A stretch of DNA of 64,000 nt, from IMG/VR virus record IMGVR_UViG_3300009709_000022, positions 32,525-96,524 of that record. One strand, given 5' to 3'. Source of the DNA: a virus. The position numbers and the translations under genes were made by a program. The first letter of the stretch is position 1. Each line of letters opens with the position of its first letter. A model generated the notes under the pieces. That model made no database searches. It had not been told where the DNA came from and saw only the letters and a program-made list of their open reading frames with translations. This document shows, piece after piece, positions 1 through 9,978 of this stretch.

Positions 1-554
1 TGCCGCAACACTTCTACAGTGCAGTGGCATCCGTCATAGTACGTGGGACATCCATCTGGTCCTTCATGTGGGCGTGTATTACCCGCGCCAAGCCCCCTCC
101 GCGCCTCATCGCGTTCGGCCTGCACCTGGCGCAGTTGGAGACTTTCTTTCTCCAGCATCATGCGCAAACTCGCAGCATCATTGCGCTCCCGACACCATTC
201 GTTGTTGGCGGTGCGCCATCGTTCGCGCCATTGCTGAATAGTGAGGTTGGGCCAAGGTATGCCGTTCTCGTCTATATCTGATTCCGCCTGTGCCGCGCTG
301 GGATGTTCTACTGCCGGGGCAGGGCGCTTGGCGTCCTCCTTTGACCTAGGTAGCAGTCCTAACCCCTTGCATTCAACACAAGTGCCATAGCGCCCGCCGT
401 ATCCATTACATTTCCAGCACAGTCTTCCATTGCCATTCGGGACTGCGCGTCCCGGATCATCTGCATCACCCACAGGTTCGCATTCCTGAAGCTCATTGTT
501 GGCTGGGGTACCTAATACGATCTCTTCCGCCGTCTTCTCACTCTGCTTGCGCAT
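1..554 (-). CDS. Hypothetical protein with CxxCxGxG zinc-finger motifs (runs off left edge)
   Basis: Manually translated: MRKQSEKTAEE...CWKCNGYGG...CVECKGLG...; GGAG upstream of ATG at 554; open to position 1. Confidence 0.7.
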   Translation of the reverse strand, partial: MRKQSEKTAEEIVLGTPANNELQECEPVGDADDPGRAVPNGNGRLCWKCNGYGGRYGTCVECKGLGLLPRSKEDAKRPAPAVEHPSAAQAESDIDENGIPWPNLTIQQWRERWRTANNEWCRERNDAASLRMMLEKESLQLRQVQAERDEARRGLGAGNTRPHEGPDGCPTYYDGCHCTVEVLR

Positions 555-733
555 CTAGTCGTCTCCGTGGGCTTGTACTTAGGTTCATGCCAACCGTCTC
601 GCTTGCCGCAGTAGAAGGATCCTTCGGATGTGGCCCATCGGAACACTCTTCCATCTCCCAAGCCATCAGGAACGCGGGTTTTTATAATGACTTTTCCGCA
701 GTTCCCGCATGTCTCTGTCTGCTGCTTGCTCAT
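512..733 (-). CDS. Small hypothetical protein (CxxC)
   Basis: ORF track; start overlaps stop of 730..1194. Confidence 0.55.
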   Translation of the reverse strand: MSKQQTETCGNCGKVIIKTRVPDGLGDGRVFRWATSEGSFYCGKRDGWHEPKYKPTETTRCASRVRRRRKRSY

Positions 734-1194
734 CGCTGGGACTCCTTCAGTGCGCGGATGCGTGCTGCAATCTCATCTGCCGTTTCACACGCGTATTCCT
801 TGTAGTCCCGGCCATCGCGTTCGTACTTGTCGCAAAGCACCGCAGCTTCTTCCAGCCCCGCAAGGCGTCCAGCAGCATAAGCCAGAGGAGCGGCACGCGC
901 AACAGTTTTGAATTTCTCCAGGCTGGGCTTGCTCTGCTCCACCGGAGCGGCGACCTGTAGGCGTAATCGAACCAGATCTTCGCGGATTCGTTTGTTCGCC
1001 TCAGCGTCTATCCCATCGAGAAACACCCTCGAAACGCTGGCACCTTGTTTGTGTCCCCATTCCCTTGCAACCCGCTCGCGCATCTCGATGAATAGGAATA
1101 ACCCCATATCATCAATGTCCATCTCATCCATGCTCGGCTGCGGTTCATGCTGCTGTGTTGCGGTATCTTCACTAGCCATAAAATCCTCTTTCAC
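730..1194 (-). CDS. Hypothetical phage protein
   Basis: ORF track; coupled to neighbours. Confidence 0.65.
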   Translation of the reverse strand: MKEDFMASEDTATQQHEPQPSMDEMDIDDMGLFLFIEMRERVAREWGHKQGASVSRVFLDGIDAEANKRIREDLVRLRLQVAAPVEQSKPSLEKFKTVARAAPLAYAAGRLAGLEEAAVLCDKYERDGRDYKEYACETADEIAARIRALKESQR

Positions 1195-1538
1195 TGGTAG
1201 AGGTACGCCACACGGCGCGAACCTTTTTCGTTGTTGCAGCGGATGTGAGCTGCACCGTTCATCCTCTTGCCGTCAACCTCGATGCGATCGTCACGTTTCG
1301 CGCCTCCCATGCCTCGTCCTTGCGCGTGCTCAAACGTGGCATCCTTCTGCTCCATCGGAAGACCGCAAAGGCAACACCGGCCATTCTGACGCTGCCACAT
1401 GAGCTTTGTGCGCCGTTTGTATTCGGCTTTGCCGGCCGCCGTGTCGGCGCAGACCTCGCGCCCATCTTCATAGGTCTGCACCGCCGGCGCGGGCTCACGC
1501 TTCCGGTCTTTTGGCTTGGGAAAGCCTAGTGGTGACAT
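1191..1538 (-). CDS. HNH endonuclease-like protein
   Basis: RCCLCG...ATFEH...G...N...AHIRCNNEKG matches the HNH pattern. Confidence 0.75.
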   Translation of the reverse strand: MSPLGFPKPKDRKREPAPAVQTYEDGREVCADTAAGKAEYKRRTKLMWQRQNGRCCLCGLPMEQKDATFEHAQGRGMGGAKRDDRIEVDGKRMNGAAHIRCNNEKGSRRVAYLYQ

Positions 1539-1707
1539 ATCTCCTCACATGCGGCGATGATGTCTGCCTGGATGTCGTCCATGTCCGCGGCGATCAACGT
1601 GAGCATGACCAGCTTGCGCTCTGCTGGCGTTGTTGCCCCGGACTCTTTGGTCTCGGCAAACGCACGTCGAGCGATCATGCGCGCAATGTTTCCATTGAAT
1701 GATGTCT

Positions 1708-2406
1708 TCATTCGGATCCCCACGGAAGAGAGAGACGCGCCTGAGAGTTGGCTCGCGCGATGCGCTTGTGCAGTGGGGTGTCCACTTCCAAGCTGATAAC
1801 GAAGCCGTCCTGGAACACCAGATCATCTCCCTGCCGTTCTGCTGGCTGGCAGAGCCACACGATTTTCGTGTACGGACACATGCAGAACAACTGTTCATCG
1901 AAGCGGCCGAAGCCACACTGGCTGGAATAGACGACGGCATCTTCCCACCGCGCCGGGCCCACCTTGCGCTCAAGGTTTTTCGGTGCTAACAGAGCGTTGA
2001 GGAATCCGTCAGCAATTAACTCGTGCCACGCTTTACCAGACAGTGCGCGAATCTGCTTCTGCAGCGCCGCGCCCATCGTAACGGTGATGTCTGGATCGAT
2101 CAGCGCGGTGAGAGCCGTGCGTCGTGTCGATGTCTCCACCGGGCTCTGCATGGGCACCATGGCATTGACGAGATTATGCGTCTGCCCGTGCTGTACTTGG
2201 CGCAGCATCTCGATCGCTCCGTAGATAGCTGCGGGTGATGCCGCCCAAACAAAACGCGGCTTGGCGATGCCGAGATGCTCATATCGTTCCCGCAGCAGGT
2301 CTTGCACAGCCCATCGGTCCTCGATGAAGTGCTTCTTTTCCTCTCGCTTGGCGAGGGATTGCGTGGTCGAAACGACTATATCGTTGATTTCTTCGAAATC
2401 ACTCAT
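1708..2406 (-). CDS. Hypothetical protein, possibly DUF6745-like
   Basis: YEHLGIAKPRFVWAASP and C-terminal PYTKIVWLCQP...FQDGF resemble this phage family; family call tentative. Confidence 0.5.
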   Translation of the reverse strand: MSDFEEINDIVVSTTQSLAKREEKKHFIEDRWAVQDLLRERYEHLGIAKPRFVWAASPAAIYGAIEMLRQVQHGQTHNLVNAMVPMQSPVETSTRRTALTALIDPDITVTMGAALQKQIRALSGKAWHELIADGFLNALLAPKNLERKVGPARWEDAVVYSSQCGFGRFDEQLFCMCPYTKIVWLCQPAERQGDDLVFQDGFVISLEVDTPLHKRIARANSQARLSLPWGSE

Positions 2407-2999
2407 GCAAATTCACCGGCTTCTTTCCTTGCCTTGTAGGTCGCCCATACAGGCAATTCGATCTGTGCAATGTTTACGTGGTCGGGATCGTTGGCATCCC
2501 AGCGGCCACCGTGCTTGCCGCCAGGAAAATCAAAGATCACCGAATCGACCAGTGGGTAACCGTAACAACCTTTGATCGTGCAACCCGGATATCGCCGCGT
2601 AAACTCCTCACGCAGATTATTCTCGGCCTGCTTCCTCTCGGCGCGCTCGCGCATGTCGTTCTCGTAACAGGATTGCGAGCAGTACACGCTTCTATCGTTT
2701 GGAAACACCACTACCAACTCATTGCCGTCGTGATCCTCGTTGCCGTCAATGCCATGGAGTCGGATGTTGCAACCAAAACAATCCCAAAACCAACCGTCCT
2801 CCACCAGAGCCCTGATGGGAACCGGGCCGGGTGCATACATGTCGAACTGCGGAGCCCGGCGACACGATGCGACGCCTTCGAAGTCGCAATCAATCTCGTT
2901 GGCCCCCTCACGCCGCGCCACAACACCACTCGTGGCAAAGACAACGCAACCGTTTTCGTCGCCCTGCACGCTGTATGCCTGAAGTTTCTTCTTTTTCAT
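2403..2999 (-). CDS. Phage hypothetical protein (Cys-rich)
   Basis: ORF track; LQAYSV...VVFATSGVVARREGA...GWFWDCFGC. Confidence 0.7.
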   Translation of the reverse strand: MKKKKLQAYSVQGDENGCVVFATSGVVARREGANEIDCDFEGVASCRRAPQFDMYAPGPVPIRALVEDGWFWDCFGCNIRLHGIDGNEDHDGNELVVVFPNDRSVYCSQSCYENDMRERAERKQAENNLREEFTRRYPGCTIKGCYGYPLVDSVIFDFPGGKHGGRWDANDPDHVNIAQIELPVWATYKARKEAGEFA

Positions 3000-3214
3000 C
3001 GTAGCCCTCTTTGGTGTTCGTTTTCAGGGATTGGCTCACCGCAATCCCGAGCAAACCCAATACGTTTTGAACGTCTTGCGGTGATGGATACAGTTTGCCG
3101 GGTTCATCGTGTAGCCCTGCTTCCGCATCATCCAATCCGGGTGATACGGAAGCCGAGATGCAGCACTCGGCTTCCCGTCCACCGTCAATTCCATGTCGAT
3201 CGTGCGCGGAGCCA

Positions 3215-3658
3215 TTACCGCAGCCCCCGTGGCACCAATTGATCGGGAATCTCGACCGAGAAAAATCCCTGCTGCCCGCGATATGGGATTGGCTCGTCGA
3301 ACTTGTGGCGCACGCCCATCTCGAAGGCGAAACGGCCTGGACCGTAGTTGCCCCAGTAGAGTTGAGAATCCGTGCGGCGCGAGCGGATATCCTCCGTACG
3401 ATGGCACGCCGTGATGCGTACAACGCCCAGGATTGCGCCGTAAGGCATGGTCTGGTAGCTGAGGCCATACGGATTCAGTTCGTCTTCCCATATGTCCTCC
3501 ATGCCGACCTTTGTTTTGGCAGCGTGCAGGGCGACCAGGCCGCTTACGCGGGTCGGCCAGTGACGGGTCTCATCCACCTTGATTGGATGGCCTTCGCCAT
3601 CGTGTTCGAAGCAGATGCTGGCCCACGGTTGCCAGAGGGATAGGCAAGGTATCTTCAT
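3215..3658 (-). CDS. ASCH domain protein
   Basis: CLSLWQPWAS...K..ETRHWPT...LHAAK...GAILGVV...PIPYRGQQGFF; ATG at 3658 overlaps upstream stop. Confidence 0.85.
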   Translation of the reverse strand: MKIPCLSLWQPWASICFEHDGEGHPIKVDETRHWPTRVSGLVALHAAKTKVGMEDIWEDELNPYGLSYQTMPYGAILGVVRITACHRTEDIRSRRTDSQLYWGNYGPGRFAFEMGVRHKFDEPIPYRGQQGFFSVEIPDQLVPRGLR

Positions 3659-4263
3659 TTTTCCATCCATGAAATGAAAGTGGGGTTGTCGCGAACGAAC
3701 GAGCTGAGGAACTCTCCGAGATGCTTGATGCCGGGGTGATCGTCCCCTGTTGCGTCGGGACTCATCCAGAAGGCATCGCCTCCATAAGCACAACTGCCAG
3801 CATGCAGGACTTCGTGCATGAGATTGGTCTGGAGGTCTCTACGTGATTCGGCGTGGATGTATGTAATCTCCTTACGCTCGCAATCAGTTTGGGCGCCCAC
3901 CCCTTTGAACGATTTCTCATGAAGATGCTTCACCGTGTCTTCATAGGAAGCGACTTCTCGAATGGGCCAAATCTCTCCACGGATCATCACCATGCGTGGT
4001 GTTCCGTCCGCATAGGTAGCACTATTTTCGGCCCAGATCGGGCCTACGTAGCTGTAATTCGCACCTTTCCATGCAGGTTGCCAATCAGAGAAAAGGAATT
4101 CTCCCTTCTTGTGTTTGTAGTAGGCGTACCCATTGAAAGAACCGAGCACGAGATTAACTACCAAGGCGATGCCGATAATGAATTTCCAGTGAAGCATCTT
4201 CATTCTCGCGCGGTGTATCTGGCGGGACTGTTCTGCAAACGTAGCGCGCCCGGTGAGCTTCAT
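3655..4263 (-). CDS. Membrane-anchored protein with HExxH zincin-like motif
   Basis: TM segment FIIGIALVVNLVLGSF; NLMHEVLHA. Confidence 0.6.
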   Translation of the reverse strand: MKLTGRATFAEQSRQIHRARMKMLHWKFIIGIALVVNLVLGSFNGYAYYKHKKGEFLFSDWQPAWKGANYSYVGPIWAENSATYADGTPRMVMIRGEIWPIREVASYEDTVKHLHEKSFKGVGAQTDCERKEITYIHAESRRDLQTNLMHEVLHAGSCAYGGDAFWMSPDATGDDHPGIKHLGEFLSSFVRDNPTFISWMEK

Positions 4264-4832
4264 AGGTCCACCACCACCATGTATTCGCCGATCGGATAGT
4301 GTCGGCCATCGCTACGCCGTCCAAGCCAGCCAATGATGTTCGTTCCGTCGTAGCATGTGAGGTGAACATGGTCATACCCGTCCAGCGCATTAAGTGGTAC
4401 CTGTGCGACGGCCAAATGGTGAGTCCTCAACACATCCAGATACTCCCGCTGCCCATCGGTGCCAACGCTTCCCAAGCCGCGGATCTCATCATCTGTTGCG
4501 AGGCGCAATGACTTGCCAAGCACTACAAAACGGAGCTTCGCTTTTACCGCCTTAATGACGCGCGTGAGGTACTTGTCATGCGTCGCGCTCTTCTTCAGCC
4601 ATTGCGTGATGCCGAGCTTCGGCAGCAGGTAATCTGCTCCAGCTTGATTGACGAATTTCTGAATAGTATCGCCATACATGCCACCGAAGTAAGCCTTCCA
4701 CGCGCTGTCGTAGCAGGTGATGACGATTTCACCCTTGCCAGGTTCGTAGTTCAGGAAGAAGACGCGAATGGCATCCAGCCCTTGCAGGTACTCCGGTTCG
4801 TTGACTTCCATCGTGTCCAGTGTGGTTGCCAT
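4260..4832 (-). CDS. Hypothetical phage protein
   Basis: ORF track; GGAGG RBS. Confidence 0.7.
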   Translation of the reverse strand: MATTLDTMEVNEPEYLQGLDAIRVFFLNYEPGKGEIVITCYDSAWKAYFGGMYGDTIQKFVNQAGADYLLPKLGITQWLKKSATHDKYLTRVIKAVKAKLRFVVLGKSLRLATDDEIRGLGSVGTDGQREYLDVLRTHHLAVAQVPLNALDGYDHVHLTCYDGTNIIGWLGRRSDGRHYPIGEYMVVVDL

Positions 4833-4835
4833 GTG

Positions 4836-5219
4836 TTACTGCCTCCGCAGGGCTTCGTAGCCCGGTGTGTTGTGGTAGTGAGCTTGTTCGTGGATCGGCC
4901 AGCAGCTTGTGCAGAGACGCTTCTCGCATAGTCCGCAAAATGCGTAGCTTTTCCGAGGCATGTGCTCGCATTCGCGTCCAGGATCATAGGCTTGTGGCCC
5001 CGTCATTTGGCTGATAATATTCGCATCTTCACTCATTGTCTTTTCCTTCGGCTCTAGGCTTTTTATGTAAGCGATGCAGCGTTCCATGTGTGGAATCGTT
5101 TTCGTTTGGGATGTGACTCCTCTGCCTGCCATAATCCAGCAACGATTGTTGGGTCCAGAAGCACATTTAGGGCAGCGCACCGTCTCGACATCTTCGAATG
5201 TGTAGGAAGTTCTTCTCAT
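4836..5219 (-). CDS. Zinc-finger protein (CxxC...H plus B-box-like C-terminus)
   Basis: CPKC...C...H and CEH-x8-CGLC-x4-CTSC-x3-H-x3-H; start re-assigned to ATG 5219. Confidence 0.55.
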   Translation of the reverse strand: MRRTSYTFEDVETVRCPKCASGPNNRCWIMAGRGVTSQTKTIPHMERCIAYIKSLEPKEKTMSEDANIISQMTGPQAYDPGRECEHMPRKSYAFCGLCEKRLCTSCWPIHEQAHYHNTPGYEALRRQ

Positions 5220-5512
5220 TCGATAATCCTTCCCTTGCAGGCACACTGCACCGGCGTTTTGCCGCTGATGGCGACGAGATATTTGGCGCGTTCGCGGATG
5301 TTCTCGGGGAGAAAGTCCACGAGAACGGGGTAGGCGAGCTGACAACCACACTGCAATGCACCCTTCACAGGTGGCCCAACCCACACCCAATCAGGAGACG
5401 GAACGGGGCGTTCACGAGGAAGATTGTCGCGCCGATCAATGGGGCGATCGTGGTCGATTGCGAACTGCATGGATCCCATGGGCGGTATGGTGTGAATGTC
5501 GATACAGCTCAC
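5216..5512 (-). CDS. Hypothetical protein
   Basis: ORF track; coupled to neighbours. Confidence 0.5.
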   Translation of the reverse strand: MSCIDIHTIPPMGSMQFAIDHDRPIDRRDNLPRERPVPSPDWVWVGPPVKGALQCGCQLAYPVLVDFLPENIRERAKYLVAISGKTPVQCACKGRIIE

Positions 5513-5712
5513 AATGTTCCTTCCTGGCGCATCTGCTCAATGCGCTCCATCTGTTGTGAATTCAATCCAGCAATGGACACCACTTCGCGCTGCTGCCGCA
5601 AGTGCGTCGCGTACCAACGGTGCATCTTCCAATTGGTGCAGTTTTCGCAATAGTGCTTGCCGTCCGGAGCTACTCCTACAGCAGAGCGTGAGCATTTGCA
5701 GCAATCTGCCAT
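5509..5712 (-). CDS. Small Cys-rich hypothetical protein
   Basis: MADCCKC...YCENC; AAGGG RBS. Confidence 0.55.
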   Translation of the reverse strand: MADCCKCSRSAVGVAPDGKHYCENCTNWKMHRWYATHLRQQREVVSIAGLNSQQMERIEQMRQEGTL

Positions 5713-5728
5713 TTGATACCCTTTCTGC

Positions 5729-6190
5729 ATGCTTTCCCCGGCCGCCTATCACATCCTCGCCAATCAAAACCTGATCACCGATGGGCCGCGCCGGCTGTTG
5801 ATGGAATTACTCCGTGATTATGACCTGACTTCGTTCCGCATGCTGTCGGTCAAACGACTCTCTGAAATGTATAGCCGCGAGCCCAGAAGCATCGCCACAG
5901 ACTTGAATACGCTTTGTAAGGTGGCGTTGATGGAGCGGGGCCCGATGGCGAAGAGCCCACGCTCCAACAACCCCATTCCTACGTACCGGATTCGCCCTGG
6001 GTTTCTTCTGACTCCGCAGAACCTGCAAGACTACTTTCAGGAGCGTCGGAAACAAGAGGAGCGGGAGTCAATTCTGCCACCTCCGTCACATCGGAAGAAG
6101 AATCCGGGGGGGATTGTGGCGGCGCAGCAGCGGCGTGCCGAACTGCGAGCAGCCGGTCAATCTCAGCAACCAGAAGAGCTGCAGCTTTAG
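5729..6190 (+). CDS. Winged helix-turn-helix protein (antisense to surrounding block)
   Basis: RRLLMELL...LSVKRLSEMYSREPRSIATDLNTLCKVALMERG...TYRIRP fits a wHTH pattern. Confidence 0.6.
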   Translation: MLSPAAYHILANQNLITDGPRRLLMELLRDYDLTSFRMLSVKRLSEMYSREPRSIATDLNTLCKVALMERGPMAKSPRSNNPIPTYRIRPGFLLTPQNLQDYFQERRKQEERESILPPPSHRKKNPGGIVAAQQRRAELRAAGQSQQPEELQL

Positions 6191-6863
6191 CCAGATTGCG
6201 GATCGGATCGTCGGAAGGCTTCCACCAATCGGCATCCCACGGCCACATCTGTTCTCGGATTTCTGCCGTATCGATTTCGTCGTTGCTGACGATTTCGATA
6301 GCCTTGCACGTATAGCTGATGGCGGCTGCAGGCATTTCCCCCATGATGTGTTCGGCATCATGCTCTGCTGTCCAACCTTCGTGTTTGATTTGGCGGATGC
6401 GCTCGCTCAACACGATGCCGATACCGGTAGCGGACAGGTCCCCCTCCGGGTAGTGTCCATCGCCAATCGAACTCAAGCCGTCTTCGATGCCCATGAGGCG
6501 TGATGCCAGGCGAGCGCCAATGACGGCTTTCTCTGACTGAGTCAAAGCATCGTCGAGCATCTTCATGTTCGCGATCTGCATGCCCATCACTTCAGCATCG
6601 GTCTTGCTGTGGCACACCAAACAATCGCCATCGTTGTTGCTGTCTATGCCGAGACCACAGCGCGGGCAGTCGCCGAGCTTTTGAGCCTTGCGCTCGTAGA
6701 CCTCGATCAGGTGCAAGATACGCTCAGGGGAAGCGTAGTAGATGTACGGGATCATGTCGGTCAGATGCGGTTGTACTTCGACACTGACTTCGCAGTTGCC
6801 GAGCACAACGGCTTTCTGTGCCTTGCCCTTCAAGAGAGCAATCTGTGTGGGTGTTACGGTCAT
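5979..6863 (-). CDS. Phage protein with conserved ER.RQ...EGW...HD...WPW...WWKP...RNL.KAAAL helical domain
   Basis: Recognisable phage domain; GAGGAC RBS before ATG 6863. Confidence 0.75.
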   Translation of the reverse strand: MTVTPTQIALLKGKAQKAVVLGNCEVSVEVQPHLTDMIPYIYYASPERILHLIEVYERKAQKLGDCPRCGLGIDSNNDGDCLVCHSKTDAEVMGMQIANMKMLDDALTQSEKAVIGARLASRLMGIEDGLSSIGDGHYPEGDLSATGIGIVLSERIRQIKHEGWTAEHDAEHIMGEMPAAAISYTCKAIEIVSNDEIDTAEIREQMWPWDADWWKPSDDPIRNLAKAAALLVAEIDRLLAVRHAAAAPPQSPPDSSSDVTEVAELTPAPLVSDAPESSLAGSAESEETQGESGT

Positions 6864-6898
6864 GGTTTCGTCCTCGCGGTGAGAGTTGCGTTGTGGTT

Positions 6899-7153
6899 TT
6901 ACTTCGCCCAAAGGCTTGCGTTCAGGCATTCAACAATGCCGTCAATGATCTTGCCGAGGCCTTCCTGAAAGCTGGGCGGGTTGACAATAGTCTTGGATTC
7001 AACGGCGTGATCTGTCTTCACGGCGGCGTTAACGATTTCCATTGCAGCGGCTTTCTTCTGTTCGCCGGTCTTCGCACCGTATACGGATTCGATGCCCTGG
7101 ATGAGCGATGGAAGAACGGCGATGGTGCGCAGGAAGAGCTTGAGAAAGTTCAT
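6899..7153 (-). CDS. Small amphipathic protein (holin-like GEQKK motif)
   Basis: MNFLKLFLRTIAVLPSLIQGIESVYGAKTGEQKKAAA...KIIDGIVECLNASLWAK; AAAGG RBS. Confidence 0.6.
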   Translation of the reverse strand: MNFLKLFLRTIAVLPSLIQGIESVYGAKTGEQKKAAAMEIVNAAVKTDHAVESKTIVNPPSFQEGLGKIIDGIVECLNASLWAK

Positions 7154-7167
7154 GCTTGTGCCTTTCG

Positions 7168-7545
7168 TTACAGAGATAGATTGCGAAGAGTGATGCAACT
7201 CTTTGGGAAATCCACTTTACGCATCATCTTCATGTCCATGAAATACACGACGTGATCATCCCGCCAGTTCGCGGCGTTCTTGCGCCACTTCTTCCGAATC
7301 CGCTTCTTCTTGCTGCGAGGGAAACGGAACTGTACATGCTTTGTCTCAGGCAGGTACGGGCTGCAGATGGCGTCCACGCCCATAAACTCGAGCGCGTCGT
7401 CGATTGAGCGGCTGGCTGGAGGTGCCTGTATCTCTTCGAATGCGGCGCCGTTGGCGAGAGCCGCCGCTATCCGGCGATGCATCTCCGTCCCGGCAACCAG
7501 TGCTGTGTTTGCCGGTGAGAAACGGCCCATGTCAAAGATACTCAT
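7168..7545 (-). CDS. Hypothetical protein with basic FRFPRSKKKRIRKKW motif
   Basis: ORF track, start re-assigned; GGAG RBS. Confidence 0.65.
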   Translation of the reverse strand: MSIFDMGRFSPANTALVAGTEMHRRIAAALANGAAFEEIQAPPASRSIDDALEFMGVDAICSPYLPETKHVQFRFPRSKKKRIRKKWRKNAANWRDDHVVYFMDMKMMRKVDFPKSCITLRNLSL

Positions 7546-7895
7546 GGCCGCTCCTTCCATGGCTTGATGAATCCGCCACAATGCTCCCACGCGAGGAAGT
7601 CTGCGGATGTAAAGGTGGGAAGAGCGTAATTATCCGAACCGCCAGGATAATGCAGGCTAACATGCCAGTCATAAGGTGTGACCGTATGGTCTTCGGGACG
7701 CCAGTGCGAGACTGATGCACACACTGTTTCGGTGTCGTGGAACTTGTATTCCCAATGGTCATAGCCCACATTGCCGACAATGTCTACGCGGTAGCTGGGA
7801 GGCTTTGGCTTATCAAGTTCGTAATGAGTGGCTGTGAGGGCTATCCCGATAAGGACACCAATAACCAGACCCGGAGCTAATAAGGAATCTTTCAT
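7542..7895 (-). CDS. Membrane-anchored hypothetical protein
   Basis: N-terminal TM; GAGGAG RBS. Confidence 0.65.
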   Translation of the reverse strand: MKDSLLAPGLVIGVLIGIALTATHYELDKPKPPSYRVDIVGNVGYDHWEYKFHDTETVCASVSHWRPEDHTVTPYDWHVSLHYPGGSDNYALPTFTSADFLAWEHCGGFIKPWKERP

Positions 7896-8044
7896 GCTTG
7901 CATTCTCCTCTGGTTCGTTCGTTCAGTCGAGAAATCTTTGGTAACCACTTGCGGAGGACTTGCGCCAACTCCGGTTCTCAGGGACACTCAGGGTGTGCAG
8001 CCGCCGCGACTCGTCCTCGCCGCGTGGTTGCCTTGGGGCTGACT

Positions 8045-9511
8045 TCACGCAGGGGAGTCGGCCCCTTTCTCTTCTTCCATTCCCGCGAACAGCGGAGCGT
8101 ACTCAGCAACGTCGCCGCCGGCTTGCTTTGGTGGTTTCGTCCAGTAGTTCGCCAAGCGACGTTCGCTCATGGCGGCATATTCTGGATTCAATTCACAGCC
8201 TATGTACTGGCGACCGTGGCGCAGGGCCACGACTCCCGTTGTACCGCTGCCGCTGAATGGATCGAGCACGACGCACGGGGACACCTGGGCATCCTCGCAT
8301 GTGCAGGTCGGCTCCCATCCCTTTGTGACGTACTCTGCTGAATGCACACCGAACTCATCGCGTGCCCGGTTCTGCCCATTCACCCCGCGCACTTGCTGCA
8401 TGCCGCTCGTGAGATCCGCAGAGTGGTCATGGAAGCTCTTACCCAATGCTTTGGCGTATCGCTCGGACGGCTCAAGGATGCGTTTCCACGGTGCGCCACA
8501 TGCGCTGCAACATCCTTTCTCGCTGGTACCGGCAAGAATGCAGGGCTCCACCAACTTCGTTGGGAACGTGGCGAAGTGAGCTTCAGGGAACGCCTCGGTA
8601 CTGACCGTCCACACGCTGCGCTTGTTGCGCGTCGAAGGCATCACCGCCATCGCTTCGTCAAAGCTCTCGTTGTTCTTCGTGCCGCTGCCGGATGTGGCGA
8701 GCTTTCGTATGCCATTTCGCTGGCTAGTTGGCGCAGACTTGTGCCCCTCCGTCACTCGCGCCCGACGTTCATGCGTGTTATTGCTGGCTGTTTCCTTGAT
8801 AGCCTCTGCGTCGTAGAAGTAGCGCGCTGACTTGGTCAACAGAAACACGTATTCATGCGACGTGGTGGGCCGGTCCTGATAGCTCCCCGGCATGGGATTT
8901 GGTTTGTGCCAGATGATGTCTGAGCGCAGCCACCAGCCGTTTTCCTGAAGCGCGGATGCAAGCCTCCATGGCATGCCCATCAGGTCTTTGGGCTTGAGTC
9001 CGGAGGATGGAACGCGCCTACGGTTTTGGACAACGGCTGACATTGTTCCAGAACCAATGCGAGGGTTAGAAGATGTTCCACGCGATCCCGTGCTGTCGTA
9101 GCCACCAGCGTTGCTGGCATAAGAATCTCCAAGATTTACCCAGCAAGTTCCATCTGGACGAAGCACCCGCCGAACCTCGCGGAAGACCTGAACCAGCTTC
9201 TCGATGAACTCCTGCGGGGTCTCTTCGAGACCAATTTGCTCGTCCACGCGCGTTGCTCCGCATCGCCCGCATGTGCTCTTGTACGGGACACGCTGCGTGT
9301 GAGTACGATCGGCACGGTTACCGCTCTTTCCCTGGGTGCCACGGTTCTGCAAGTGGTCGCAACCCGGATCGTTACCGCCCACCCATTGACCCGTTTGATA
9401 GTCCCTAAGCTGGTAGTACGGTGGGCTGGTGACGACGCAATGCACGCTGCTGTCCGGCAACTCCTGTAGCCGCTTCAGCACGTTGCCAATGAGAATGACG
9501 CGACCCATCAC
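8045..9511 (-). CDS. Site-specific DNA methyltransferase (N4-C/N6-A, beta class)
   Basis: VVTSPPY catalytic motif near N-terminus; [13 protein letters not shown] motif and GCELNPEY near C-terminus. Confidence 0.93.
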   Translation of the reverse strand: MMGRVILIGNVLKRLQELPDSSVHCVVTSPPYYQLRDYQTGQWVGGNDPGCDHLQNRGTQGKSGNRADRTHTQRVPYKSTCGRCGATRVDEQIGLEETPQEFIEKLVQVFREVRRVLRPDGTCWVNLGDSYASNAGGYDSTGSRGTSSNPRIGSGTMSAVVQNRRRVPSSGLKPKDLMGMPWRLASALQENGWWLRSDIIWHKPNPMPGSYQDRPTTSHEYVFLLTKSARYFYDAEAIKETASNNTHERRARVTEGHKSAPTSQRNGIRKLATSGSGTKNNESFDEAMAVMPSTRNKRSVWTVSTEAFPEAHFATFPTKLVEPCILAGTSEKGCCSACGAPWKRILEPSERYAKALGKSFHDHSADLTSGMQQVRGVNGQNRARDEFGVHSAEYVTKGWEPTCTCEDAQVSPCVVLDPFSGSGTTGVVALRHGRQYIGCELNPEYAAMSERRLANYWTKPPKQAGGDVAEYAPLFAGMEEEKGADSPA

Positions 9512-9864
9512 TGTTCCTTCGCTGCCTGTTTGGCCTTATAGTCCTCGATCACACGCGCGGCGGTTTGCTCGTCATCATGCACGCCGAGATACACCTTGCC
9601 CACCTTCGCCTGGCAACGCCCGCTCTTCATGCGGTGAACGCCAGGGATGCCGGTGTTGGTCTTGCGTTCGCGGAACCGCTTCGCGTTGGATTCGCGCACG
9701 GCTTTCTGTGCTGGCGTGGTGCGTGCGGTGGCCGCGTGGCGTGCGCTCTCAGAGAAGTAACGGTCAACAATTCCTCTCATCGCGCCACGTATGGAACCAG
9801 TCGTAAATCCTCGCGCACTATCTGCGGCGGCCGTCAGAGCTTCGATTAGATCGTCTTTGGTCAT
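9508..9864 (-). CDS. AP2-like DNA-binding protein
   Basis: NTGIPGVH...[23 protein letters not shown]. Confidence 0.65.
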   Translation of the reverse strand: MTKDDLIEALTAAADSARGFTTGSIRGAMRGIVDRYFSESARHAATARTTPAQKAVRESNAKRFRERKTNTGIPGVHRMKSGRCQAKVGKVYLGVHDDEQTAARVIEDYKAKQAAKEQ

Positions 9865-9978
9865 CGTGTCACCTGATGCCCGTGGCGTGCGTAGAGAAAA
9901 AACAGAAAGACTGCGAGCATCACAAGCGGCCCGGTAATCATCCCGAGGAATTGTGCGCGGTGGCGTGCGCGGTATGTT

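Noticed and set aside
2478-3242. 254-aa + strand ORF and many similar antisense ORFs in the track
   Set aside because: Antisense shadows of coupled genes in GC-rich DNA, with no motifs or start signals.
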